NCBI GenBank assembly: GCA_964514995.1 | Contig: CAZETA010000001.1 | Location: forward strand, 15,148 to 79,147 | DNA: 64,000 bases | DNA from: an uncultured Gammaproteobacteria bacterium | GTDB lineage: Bacteria > Patescibacteriota > Patescibacteriia > Magasanikbacterales > GWA2-37-8 | Direction of reading: 5' to 3' | Part shown: positions 1-9,189 of the stretch, in pieces | Position numbering within the stretch: position 1 is the stretch's first letter | How the letters are laid out: every line of letters begins with the position of its first letter | Program-made: the position numbers and the translations under genes | Notes under the pieces: generated by a model | Databases searched by the model: none | What the model was told of the DNA's origin: nothing | What the model saw: only the letters and a program-made list of their open reading frames with translations

Positions 1-2
1 AC

Positions 3-1946
3 GGCGAAGCCGCGACAAGTGTGTTGGGTCAGTTAGATGTAAATGGCGACCAGAGCTTTGTGCAAAGGAGTATTAATAGTCGGTTTGAGAGTGATTATGG
101 TTTCGAGACAGCGACCGATGTCGTATTTGATGGTACAGGGCACCGTTTGTTTGTGTCTGATCCGGATAATGACAGAGTTTTAGTTTTTAATCTAAATAGT
201 AGCAATGAGCTTGTGGACTATCATGCTGACTATGTTTTAGGGCAGAGTGATTTTGTCAGTGGTAGTTCAGACCAGGCTGACCCTGCAGTTTCTGCCACCA
301 GCATGCTGTATCCGATCGGACTTGCCCTTGATAGTGCGAACAGCCGTTTGTTTGTGGCAGACCAAGATAACAATCGCGTGCTGGTGTTTGATGTAGCAAG
401 TATTACAAATGGAGAAGCGGCGATACATGTACTGGGTCAGTCTAATTTTGCAAGTAGCACCGCTAATCAAGGGGGTGCAGTAGCCTCAACCACGATGAGT
501 GTGCCTAATTATTTGCTCTATGCTAGCAGCACATTATATGTCTCTGATCAGAGTAATCACCGCGTTCTCGTGTTTGATGTTTCAGATATTACTGACGGTG
601 AAGGGGCTGTGCATGTTTTGGGCCAAGTAGATTTTACGAGCGGTACCGCTAACCAAGGTGGCGCTATAGCTTCCACTACCATAAACAGACCTGAAGGTTT
701 AGAGTATGACGGCGTTAATAACAATTTATTCGTTGCAGATAATGGGAACAAGCGTGTCCTAGTGTTCGACGTTTCAGACATTGCTGATGGTGAGGGGGCT
801 GTGCACGTATTAGGGCAAGCAGTTTTTACCACAGGTAATGCCGCTGTTACAGCGACTGGTCTTAGTTCGGCCGAGGGGATTACGTATGACAGCGCCCACA
901 ACAATTTATATGTTGGGGACAAAAGTAATAGTCGCGTGCTCGTGTACAATATATCAACTATTGTCGATGGTGAGGCAGCTGTAGCTGTGTTGGGTCAGGC
1001 TGATTTTACAAGCAATGTTGACATTTCTCCACCTACGGCAAGCTCGTTAAACGGTCCAGATGGCATGGATTTCGACACAGACAGGCATGTTTTATACGTA
1101 GTTGATGAAAACGCAAACAGAGTTGTTTTAATAAAGCTCATCAAACTACCGACATCTTCTTTGCCTAGTATTACCGCCGGAGCGAGTTTTAATCAATCTG
1201 TCGCTGCTTCAAATGTGCAGGGTACGGCAAGTTACAGTGTGAGCAGCGGCTCTATTCCTAACGGTTTAAGTTTGGCAGCCGGTACGGGCGCAATTACTGG
1301 TGTACCGAATGTTCCTGGTACATTTAATTTTACGATTTCTGCTACAGACAGTTTCGGAGATGGCAGTGTATTTTCTGATAGTCAATCTTACTCAATCATA
1401 GTCTCAGCTGCTCCTGGCGGAGGCGGTGGAGGTGGCGGAGGCGGTGGAGGTGGTTTTATTTCTCCGATTTCTCTAACTCCGAATGTGCCAGTAGTAGTGT
1501 TGCCGCCAATCACCGGTAGTCAGATAAATCCTCCGGTATTACCGCCTAGCCCTGAACAGAAAAAGTCTGCAGCCATAGCAAAAGTTGATACTCTCCTTAA
1601 GACAGTAAAATTAGGTCAAGTCAGTAGCAAAGTATTAGAGCTGCAAACACAATTAAAGAGCCTGGGTTATTTTCCTGCAAGTTTTAAACCAACTAAGACG
1701 TATGGCAGCCTGACAGCCGCGGCTGTGAAAAAATATCTAGCTGATAAAAATAAAAAACCGGTTGTTTCAAAAAGTTTAGATGAGTTGGTAAAAACTCTCA
1801 AACCCGGCCAGCAGAGTGATTTGGTGAAACAGTTACAAACTGAACTCAAAAAATTGAAATTTTTCCCAGCCAATATAGCAGCTAATGGTGTGTATGGCCC
1901 GGCAACTAAAGCAGCCGTAGCTAAGTACCTTGCTTCAAAAAGATAA
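3..1946 (+). CDS. NHL-repeat beta-propeller surface protein with Ig-like (He_PIG-type) domain, Gly/Pro linker and two C-terminal peptidoglycan-binding-like repeats (5'-truncated by window)
   Basis: Frame is open from the window start. Repeated LFVAD..N.RVLVFD...A.HVLGQ.DF units; LPSITAG...SIPNGLSL..GTGAITG.P Ig-like segment; poly-Gly; two V..LQ..LK.L.FP...G.YG..T.AAV.KY repeats. Confidence 0.8.
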   Translation, partial: GEAATSVLGQLDVNGDQSFVQRSINSRFESDYGFETATDVVFDGTGHRLFVSDPDNDRVLVFNLNSSNELVDYHADYVLGQSDFVSGSSDQADPAVSATSMLYPIGLALDSANSRLFVADQDNNRVLVFDVASITNGEAAIHVLGQSNFASSTANQGGAVASTTMSVPNYLLYASSTLYVSDQSNHRVLVFDVSDITDGEGAVHVLGQVDFTSGTANQGGAIASTTINRPEGLEYDGVNNNLFVADNGNKRVLVFDVSDIADGEGAVHVLGQAVFTTGNAAVTATGLSSAEGITYDSAHNNLYVGDKSNSRVLVYNISTIVDGEAAVAVLGQADFTSNVDISPPTASSLNGPDGMDFDTDRHVLYVVDENANRVVLIKLIKLPTSSLPSITAGASFNQSVAASNVQGTASYSVSSGSIPNGLSLAAGTGAITGVPNVPGTFNFTISATDSFGDGSVFSDSQSYSIIVSAAPGGGGGGGGGGGGGFISPISLTPNVPVVVLPPITGSQINPPVLPPSPEQKKSAAIAKVDTLLKTVKLGQVSSKVLELQTQLKSLGYFPASFKPTKTYGSLTAAAVKKYLADKNKKPVVSKSLDELVKTLKPGQQSDLVKQLQTELKKLKFFPANIAANGVYGPATKAAVAKYLASKR

Positions 1947-1958
1947 ACTCTGATAAAT

Positions 1959-1988
1959 AAAACCCGACAATCATCCTGTCGGGTTTTT
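1959..1988 (+). terminator. Intrinsic terminator
   Basis: AAAACCCGACA-atcatcc-TGTCGGGTTTTT hairpin with T-tract after the stop codon. Confidence 0.75.
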
Positions 1989-2060
1989 AGGTTGACAAAG
2001 CGCCTAAATCCGTTTACTATACCCCCATACAAACCGAGCAATCGGCGATTTTGCATTTTT

Positions 2061-3977
2061 ATGTCATTATTTCAATTAAAATCAAAATTCCAACCAGCAG
2101 GGGATCAACCGGAGGCCATTAAAAAATTGATGGCTAGTTTGGAGAAGGGTAATAGGTACCAGGCACTGTTGGGTGTGACTGGATCTGGCAAGACATTTAC
2201 TGTAGCCAATGTCATTAGCCAGTTCGATAAGCCGGCGCTTATCATGGCGCCAAACAAAGCTTTGGCTGCCCAGCTGTATCGTGAGTATAAGAATTTTTTC
2301 CCTGAGAATTCAGTGAATTATTTTGTATCGTACTATGATTATTATCAGCCCGAGGCATATATTCCTACCAGCGACACTTATATCGAGAAGGAATCCATGA
2401 TCAACGAGGAGATAGATCGGCTGCGCCATCAAGCGACGAGTGCGCTCATGTCTCGCAAAGATGTGATCGTGGTCGCGTCCGTCTCTTGTATCTATAATCT
2501 TGGTGTACCGGTCAATTATTTTGACGCGGCTTTACATTTGGAAGTAGGGCAGCCGATGGTGCGGGCGGATTTGATGCGGCAACTTTTAAAATTACAATTT
2601 GCACGTACGCCGGGAGCGGTTGAACGCGGTACATTTCGCGTCCGCGGTGATGTATTTGAAATTGCGCCGGCTTCCGAGAAATTTGTTTATCGTATAGAAA
2701 TAATTAATCAAAAAATTGGGGAAATTGCCGTCACTGATACGCTCACCCGAGTCGTTAAGGAGAAGCCGACGGAAGCGGTGATTTTTCCGGTCAAGCACTT
2801 TGTTTCTTCTGAACCGCAAATAAAAGAAGCGCTCAAAGAAATTAAAGTCGAATTAAAAGATCAGTTGGCATATTTTAAGAAAAAAGAATTATACCTGGAG
2901 GCAGAACGTCTGGAACGCAGAACGAGATATGATATGGAAATGATTCAGACGCTGGGTTTTTGTCATGGCATCGAAAATTATTCCCGTCATTTGGCTGGCA
3001 AGCTAGCTGGCGATGCGCCCGATACGTTGCTTTCATATTTCCCTTGGAAAGAAGATAAAAATGGCGTGAAGAGTCCGGACTTTCTGACTATTATGGACGA
3101 ATCGCATATCGGACTGCCGCAAGTGCGCGGCATGTATGCGGGTGATCGGAGCCGCAAAGAAACCCTAGTGCAATTCGGATGGCGGTTGCCCTCAGCCTTG
3201 GATAATCGACCGCTCAAGTTCGATGAATTTGAGAAACGGGTCGGCCAGGTAGTCTTTACCTCCGCTACGCCTGGAGATTTCGAGATGCAGCATTCATCTG
3301 TGATAGCGGAACAGGTGATTCGTCCGACTGGCCTTATCGATCCGCCGATTGAGGTCAGGCCTGTATTTGATACAAAAACTAATCGCGGACAGGTTGATGA
3401 TATTATTAAAGAAATAGAAAAAATTGTGGCTCTGGGAGAGCGGGCGATTATCAATGTCCTGACCAAAAAAATGGCTGAGGAGTTATCGGAATTTTTGAAA
3501 CAAAAGAACTTTTCCGTTAATTATTTACATTCGGATGTGAAGACGTTGCAACGCACGGAAATTCTTATGGATTTCAGGCAGGGCAAATTCAATGTGCTAA
3601 TCGGTGTTAATTTGTTGCGTGAAGGCCTGGATTTACCTGAGGTGACACTCGTCGCCATCATGGATGCGGACAGAGAAGGCTTTTTGCGCAGCGAGGAATC
3701 GCTCATGCAGACCATGGGTCGTGCCGCGAGAAATGTGAAAGGCAGCGTCATTCTCTATGCTGATACCATTACTCGGTCCATGAGAAATGCCATGAAAGAA
3801 GTGGAGCGAAGAAGAAAATTACAGATTGCCTACAATGAAAAACATGGCATTACGCCGCAGACGACCCATAAAGACATAGAACAGTTTTTGGATATCCCGG
3901 AAGCAACTGAAGCGGAAATTCAGTCTCAAGGTAAACGACAAATGCCGATGTTAAAAAATAAAAAGAGTAAAAAGTAA
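2061..3977 (+). CDS. uvrB: Excinuclease ABC subunit B
   Basis: GDQPEAI, LLGVTGSGKT, YYDYYQPEAY beta-hairpin, GIENYSRH, NLLREGLDLPEV, QTMGRAARN. ATG at 2061 is preferred over the upstream TTG. Confidence 0.97.
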   Translation: MSLFQLKSKFQPAGDQPEAIKKLMASLEKGNRYQALLGVTGSGKTFTVANVISQFDKPALIMAPNKALAAQLYREYKNFFPENSVNYFVSYYDYYQPEAYIPTSDTYIEKESMINEEIDRLRHQATSALMSRKDVIVVASVSCIYNLGVPVNYFDAALHLEVGQPMVRADLMRQLLKLQFARTPGAVERGTFRVRGDVFEIAPASEKFVYRIEIINQKIGEIAVTDTLTRVVKEKPTEAVIFPVKHFVSSEPQIKEALKEIKVELKDQLAYFKKKELYLEAERLERRTRYDMEMIQTLGFCHGIENYSRHLAGKLAGDAPDTLLSYFPWKEDKNGVKSPDFLTIMDESHIGLPQVRGMYAGDRSRKETLVQFGWRLPSALDNRPLKFDEFEKRVGQVVFTSATPGDFEMQHSSVIAEQVIRPTGLIDPPIEVRPVFDTKTNRGQVDDIIKEIEKIVALGERAIINVLTKKMAEELSEFLKQKNFSVNYLHSDVKTLQRTEILMDFRQGKFNVLIGVNLLREGLDLPEVTLVAIMDADREGFLRSEESLMQTMGRAARNVKGSVILYADTITRSMRNAMKEVERRRKLQIAYNEKHGITPQTTHKDIEQFLDIPEATEAEIQSQGKRQMPMLKNKKSKK

Positions 3978-3986
3978 ATTAATTCT

Positions 3987-6482
3987 ATGGAAGATAAAAT
4001 CGTAATAAAAAAAGCCAGAGTACATAATCTCAAAAACGTATCTTTGGAAATTCCAAAAAATAAGATGACGGTATTTACCGGTGTGTCTGGCAGTGGCAAG
4101 TCATCGCTGGCTTTTGATACCATTTTTGCCGAGGGGCAGCGTCGGTATATAGAATCGTTGTCTCCGTATGCTCGCCAGTTTTTGGGACAAATGGAGCGCG
4201 CGGATGTCGACGAGATCACTGGTTTGTCACCGGCGATTGCCATTGGTCAGAAAGCGTTGAGCCATAATCCTCGATCCATTGTCGGAACCCTGACAGAAAT
4301 TTACGATTATTTCCGTGTGCTCTATGCCAGACTCGGTGAAGTCTTTTGTCCTCAGTGTGGACTCAAAATTGAAAAATTATCACCCGAAGAAATGATCGAT
4401 ATTATTTTGGGAATGGCGAAGGAATTAAAGGAACCGACCGTGACCGTATTATCGCCAGTCGTGCGCGGTCGTAAAGGTGAGTACTACCAGATGTTGTATG
4501 ATTTTCTAAATGAAGGTTTTGAGCAGGCGCGGGTGGACGGCACAGTACATTCACTCCATGATCGGATAGAATTGTCGCGGCACAAGGCTCACAATATTGA
4601 TGTGGTTATTGACCGAGTAATGACGAGCGACGAGACCCGGTTGTTTGAAGCGGTAGAAAGCGCCTTGCAGCACAGCAAGGGACTCGTCACGGTTTTGTTT
4701 GGCGAAAAAACAAAAAATCCGACTGAGCGTCTACTCTCCAGCCATTGGTCTTGTCCGGCTGATGGGTTTTCTTTTCCAGAAGTTGAGCCAAGATTATTCT
4801 CATTCAACAGTCCGGCGGGGGCGTGTGTTGCTTGTGGCGGCTTAGGTAAGGTGGAAGCATTTAGTAAGGAAATTTGTCCTGAGTGCCAAGGCAAACGACT
4901 TAAGCCGGAATCTTTGTCTGTACGGATTAAAAATAAAAATATTTATGAGGTTTCTTCGCTGACCATTGAAGAAGGATATGAGTTTTTCAAGGAGTATGGC
5001 AAGAAACTCAACGAACGCCAGATGATGATCGCGCACAATGTTATTAAAGAAATTAATGATCGCTATAAATTTTTGTTGGAAGTTGGTTTGGATTATATTA
5101 CGCTGACACGTGAAGCGCATACCTTGTCTGGCGGGGAAGCACAGAGAATTCGGCTGGCTTCTCAGATCGGCTCGCATCTTTCAAACACGCTATATGTGCT
5201 CGATGAGCCGACCATTGGTTTGCATGAACGCGATACGGAACGCCTCGTCAATACTTTGAAATCATTACGTGATGAAAATAATACGGTGATTATTGTGGAG
5301 CACGATGAACGGACGATCAAAGAATCCGATTATTTGGTGGATCTTGGCCCGATGGCTGGTGAACTGGGCGGGGAAGTGGTCTACAGCGGACCAACCAAAG
5401 ATATTACCAAAGAAAAAAATAAATCATTGACGCTAGAGTATTTAACCGGAGAAGTCGAGATAGAAGTGCCGAAAAAACGCCGTTGGAAAGAGACAGAAGA
5501 AATTTCTATTGTGGGCGCGCGGGCCAACAATCTGAAAAATATCAATGTCAAAATTCCGCTGCGAAAATTTGTGGTAATTTCCGGTGTTTCCGGGGGTGGT
5601 AAATCATCGCTTCTGTACGATGTCCTCTATGAAAATATTGCCAGAATAAAAAGCAGATTTAAAAAATTGGAGGATGTGAGCAAGATTACGGGGACTGAAT
5701 ATGTCGACAAAGCGGTGATTGTTGACCAGTCACCAATTGGCCGTACACCAAGATCAAATCCTGCTACCTATACTGGTATATTTACCCCGATTCGTGATTT
5801 TTATGCGAGTTTGGAAGAAGCAAGAATAAGAGGGTATACGCATTCTCGTTTTTCTTTTAACCGTCCTGGTGGGCGCTGTGAGTCATGTGAAGGTGCAGGA
5901 TTTAACACGATTGAAATGCATTTCATGCCAGCGGTAGAAGTGCCGTGTGAAGTCTGTCATGGCAAACGGTTTAGCCGTGAGACCTTGCAAGTCAAACACA
6001 AGAACAAAAGTATTGCTGATGTCTTGGAGATGACGATTAGTGAAGCCATTAAATTTTTTGAGCATATTTATCAAATTACTGATAAACTAAAGGTATTACA
6101 AGAAGTTGGGCTTGGTTATCTACGTTTGGGACAAAGTGCTACTACCTTGTCTGGTGGTGAGGCGCAGCGCATCAAGCTGGCTCGCGAACTCACAGTCCCG
6201 CTAGGAAAGAAAAATTTGTATTTGCTTGATGAGCCGACGGTTGGTCTGCATTACCACGATATTGAATTGCTTTTGGCAGTACTCAACAAGCTGGTAGAAA
6301 AGGGAAATTCGGTCGTGGTGATTGAGCATAATTTGCATATGATCAAGTGTGCGGATTATATTATAGATATGGGTCCAGAGGGTGGCGCCAAAGGGGGAGT
6401 CGTTGTCGCCAAAGGCACGCCCGAAGAAGTAGGAGATAATCCTAATTCATATACGGGTATGTATTTGAAGGAGTATCTTTAA
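3987..6482 (+). CDS. uvrA: Excinuclease ABC subunit A (compact, 831 aa)
   Basis: HNLKNV, GVSGSGKSSLAFDT, two LSGGEAQRI signatures, DEPT Walker B motifs, Zn-binding Cys pairs. Confidence 0.97.
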   Translation: MEDKIVIKKARVHNLKNVSLEIPKNKMTVFTGVSGSGKSSLAFDTIFAEGQRRYIESLSPYARQFLGQMERADVDEITGLSPAIAIGQKALSHNPRSIVGTLTEIYDYFRVLYARLGEVFCPQCGLKIEKLSPEEMIDIILGMAKELKEPTVTVLSPVVRGRKGEYYQMLYDFLNEGFEQARVDGTVHSLHDRIELSRHKAHNIDVVIDRVMTSDETRLFEAVESALQHSKGLVTVLFGEKTKNPTERLLSSHWSCPADGFSFPEVEPRLFSFNSPAGACVACGGLGKVEAFSKEICPECQGKRLKPESLSVRIKNKNIYEVSSLTIEEGYEFFKEYGKKLNERQMMIAHNVIKEINDRYKFLLEVGLDYITLTREAHTLSGGEAQRIRLASQIGSHLSNTLYVLDEPTIGLHERDTERLVNTLKSLRDENNTVIIVEHDERTIKESDYLVDLGPMAGELGGEVVYSGPTKDITKEKNKSLTLEYLTGEVEIEVPKKRRWKETEEISIVGARANNLKNINVKIPLRKFVVISGVSGGGKSSLLYDVLYENIARIKSRFKKLEDVSKITGTEYVDKAVIVDQSPIGRTPRSNPATYTGIFTPIRDFYASLEEARIRGYTHSRFSFNRPGGRCESCEGAGFNTIEMHFMPAVEVPCEVCHGKRFSRETLQVKHKNKSIADVLEMTISEAIKFFEHIYQITDKLKVLQEVGLGYLRLGQSATTLSGGEAQRIKLARELTVPLGKKNLYLLDEPTVGLHYHDIELLLAVLNKLVEKGNSVVVIEHNLHMIKCADYIIDMGPEGGAKGGVVVAKGTPEEVGDNPNSYTGMYLKEYL

Positions 6483-6503
6483 GAATAATTAACAAATACA
6501 TAT

Positions 6504-7349
6504 ATGAAAAAATTATTTATTTTTTTAGGGGGAGTAGCAGTATTGCTGATTACCGTTGTCTTATTTAGAAAATTAGACAATACAGCACCGCCAATTTCTG
6601 ACAATAATCCGCCGCCAATTTTGGAAGATAATGTTGGTCTCGTAGTGGAAAATGTCCACACAAATGACTTACTTAGTTCACCGCTTAAAATCACCGGTTA
6701 TGTGAACGGTGGTGGGTGGGGCGGTTTTGAAGGTCAGGTAGGCACAGTCAGTCTTCAGGATAGTGCGGGTAATGAATTATATATTGAACCGCTCACGGCT
6801 ACGACTGAGTGGATGACAACCACGGTGCGTTTTGAAGCAAATTTGGAATACGTTACGCTTGATCAGTACGGTAAACTTATTTTTAGAAATGAAAACCCAA
6901 GCGGCGAGCCGTCTCGAGATAGAGAAGTGATGATAGAAGTACGACTAATACCCGCGGTCGGCATGTTAAAAGTGCAGTCTTATTTTAGTAACAGTCAGCT
7001 TGATCCGGAGGCAACTTGTGAAAAAGTTTTTCCAGTGGATAGGATTGTAGAAAAAACTAGCGCTGTAGGCAGGGTAGCTTTAGAAGAATTGTTAAAGGGG
7101 CCGAAGCAGATAGAAAAAGGTAAAGGTTATGAAACAAGTATCAACCCAGGAGTGCAAATAAATAGTCTTACAATTACAGGGGGTATAGCTAAGGTTGATT
7201 TCAATGACGCTTTGACTGCGGGAGTAGCCGGGTCATGTCGAGTGGGTATGATTCGTTTACAGATAGAGCAAACGCTCAAACAGTTCCCGACCGTAAAAAG
7301 TGTGGTGATTTCAGTAAACGGTAGAACAGAAGATATTTTACAGCCATGA
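6504..7349 (+). CDS. Membrane-anchored protein with Gmad2-type Ig-like domain and GerMN domain
   Basis: N-terminal hydrophobic anchor; SSPLKITG..G.W..FEG motif; C-terminal ALEELLKGP...QIEQTLKQFPTVKSVVISVNG. Confidence 0.8.
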   Translation: MKKLFIFLGGVAVLLITVVLFRKLDNTAPPISDNNPPPILEDNVGLVVENVHTNDLLSSPLKITGYVNGGGWGGFEGQVGTVSLQDSAGNELYIEPLTATTEWMTTTVRFEANLEYVTLDQYGKLIFRNENPSGEPSRDREVMIEVRLIPAVGMLKVQSYFSNSQLDPEATCEKVFPVDRIVEKTSAVGRVALEELLKGPKQIEKGKGYETSINPGVQINSLTITGGIAKVDFNDALTAGVAGSCRVGMIRLQIEQTLKQFPTVKSVVISVNGRTEDILQP

Positions 7350-8503
7350 GTCTGCAAGAAATAGCAAAACAATTTCCTTTAACCCCAGGGGTATATATCT
7401 GGCGAGATAAAAATCAAAAACCCCTGTATGTAGGCCGAGCAACTTCTTTGCGACGGCGGGTTTTGCAATACTTCAGAAAAGATATTGATCGGCGGATTGG
7501 TGAGATGGTTTCTTTGGCACAGTCGATTGAGTTTATTCAGACTGATACTGTCCTGGAAGCCATTATTCTGGAAGCAAACCTGATAAAGGAATATTGGCCA
7601 AAATACAATATTGAAGAGAAGGATGATAAGTCTTTTATTTTTTTTGTTATTCCGAAGACTGATTTTCCCAAGCCGTTTATGGTTCGGGGTAGAGAACTCA
7701 AAAATTTTCCAATTCCTGAAGATAGAGTATTTGGTCCTTACCAAAGTTATGCCACCCTAAAAACAGTGCTAAAAATTGTTCGTCGTATTTTCCCCTACAG
7801 CACCTGTAACCAAACAGGTAAAGCTTGTTTTGATTATCAAATCGGATTGTGTCCGGGAGTTTGTATGGGTGCTGTAAGTAAAAAAGATTATCAAAAAAAC
7901 ATCGCTAATTTATTGTTATTTTTCAGAGGCGAAAAAAATAAACTACTAAAGAAACTTTCCAAAGATAATCCTGAAGCCGCGTTGCATCTCAAACATATCC
8001 AGGATGTAAGTTTGATTTCCCGTGAAGATTTGAATATGAGCGGCAATTTTAATCGCATAGAAGGCTATGACATCTCGCATTTTGCGGGTAAGGAAGTATA
8101 TGGCTCAATGGTGGTTTTTACCAATGGCGAGCCTGATAATAAGGAATATAGATTGTTTAAGATAAAAACGGTGACTAATAACGACCTTGACGCGCTCAAG
8201 GAAATGCTCGAGCGCCGGCTGAAGCATACTGAATGGCCAAAGCCGGATTTAATCCTCATAGACGGTGGTAAGCCGCAGATAGACTATTTGCGCCCGCTCA
8301 TGGAGCAATATCAATTCAAGGCGCCATGGCTGGGACTGTCAAAATTAAATGGCGATCATTTGGTATTTCCTGCAGGAATAAAAAATGTGTTCAAAGACTT
8401 GGCAGAGACGATCAAGCGCACACTACAGCAGGTGCGGGATGAGGCACATCGGTTTGCTAATCGTGGGAGAAGCAGAGGATATTTTAATAGGAATTTAAGG
8501 TAG
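7346..8503 (+). CDS. uvrC: Excinuclease ABC subunit C, short form (GIY-YIG plus RNase H-like domain)
   Basis: PGVY...LYVGRA..LRRRV.QY GIY-YIG; FGPY; Cys cluster; RIEGYDISH; PDLILIDGGKPQ; VRDEAHRFA. ATGA overlap with the upstream gene. Confidence 0.92.
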   Translation: MSLQEIAKQFPLTPGVYIWRDKNQKPLYVGRATSLRRRVLQYFRKDIDRRIGEMVSLAQSIEFIQTDTVLEAIILEANLIKEYWPKYNIEEKDDKSFIFFVIPKTDFPKPFMVRGRELKNFPIPEDRVFGPYQSYATLKTVLKIVRRIFPYSTCNQTGKACFDYQIGLCPGVCMGAVSKKDYQKNIANLLLFFRGEKNKLLKKLSKDNPEAALHLKHIQDVSLISREDLNMSGNFNRIEGYDISHFAGKEVYGSMVVFTNGEPDNKEYRLFKIKTVTNNDLDALKEMLERRLKHTEWPKPDLILIDGGKPQIDYLRPLMEQYQFKAPWLGLSKLNGDHLVFPAGIKNVFKDLAETIKRTLQQVRDEAHRFANRGRSRGYFNRNLR

Positions 8504-8511
8504 CTCAGAGG

Positions 8512-8540
8512 TTGACAGGAGGTGTTTTTCAAGGTATAAA
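8512..8540 (+). promoter_or_regulatory. Sigma70-type promoter
   Basis: TTGACA-17 bp-TATAAA. Confidence 0.65.
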
Positions 8541-8656
8541 TTGTCGATGTTTGTTCTTTGTAATTGGGTTTTGTATATATGGGCTTGGAATTTTAGAATA
8601 TTTAATAAAATATTTTGAGATTCTTAGCTCATCTAACACAAAAGAAAAAGGTGCCA

Positions 8657-8941
8657 ATGGACGAATTTAGAGCAAAGCTTGTCGAACTCTTTCCCGAGTG
8701 GGAGGATGCCATCCGGATGTGCGATGCGGGTGATGTTCCGGGTCTCCGCACAGCTCTTCGTGATGCTACCTATCCAGGCGGTATGAGCGGCGACACCATG
8801 CTGAAAATGGTGGCAGCAGGCCATCCATATCGCGCTATTCGGGACGAGCACCTGCGAATCAAGGGGAAAGGCCCGCAGCTTGAGGCTTTGCGGAGGATGT
8901 TCGATGATCGTTTTCCGCCCCAATGGTCCTCCGGCTACTAG
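8657..8941 (+). CDS. GC-rich orphan protein (94 aa)
   Basis: ATG preceded by AAAAGGT; much more GC-rich than its flanks; followed by strong hairpins. Confidence 0.6.
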   Translation: MDEFRAKLVELFPEWEDAIRMCDAGDVPGLRTALRDATYPGGMSGDTMLKMVAAGHPYRAIRDEHLRIKGKGPQLEALRRMFDDRFPPQWSSGY

Positions 8942-9056
8942 CTAGGCACAGACCCAACCCGAGCGGCGCCGCCGTGCTCCCAAGAAGCCAAGGGCGGCGC
9001 CGCTCCCGCCCTGTACCGCTATTATCAAAACATTGGTAGTCGCAGTATAGGGATAT

Positions 9057-9085
9057 TTGACAGATTCAAGCAAATATAGTATCAT
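9057..9085 (+). promoter_or_regulatory. Sigma70-type promoter of rpsA
   Basis: TTGACA-17 bp-TATCAT. Confidence 0.7.
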
Positions 9086-9189
9086 TAAGACTATAAAATA
9101 AGCTTAATTAAAGCCTTCCCAATTTAGAGGCAGGCACCTGGTTCTGACTAAGTTCAGCACGGGATAAGGATTATTTTTTTGTTGAAAAT

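Noticed and set aside
340-1010. Regularly spaced similar DNA segments suggesting an array
   Set aside because: They are NHL protein repeats varying at synonymous positions; there is no CRISPR repeat-spacer pattern and no cas genes.
1416-1454. GGC/GGA/GGT tandem repeat
   Set aside because: Encodes an in-frame poly-Gly linker; not a separate repeat element.
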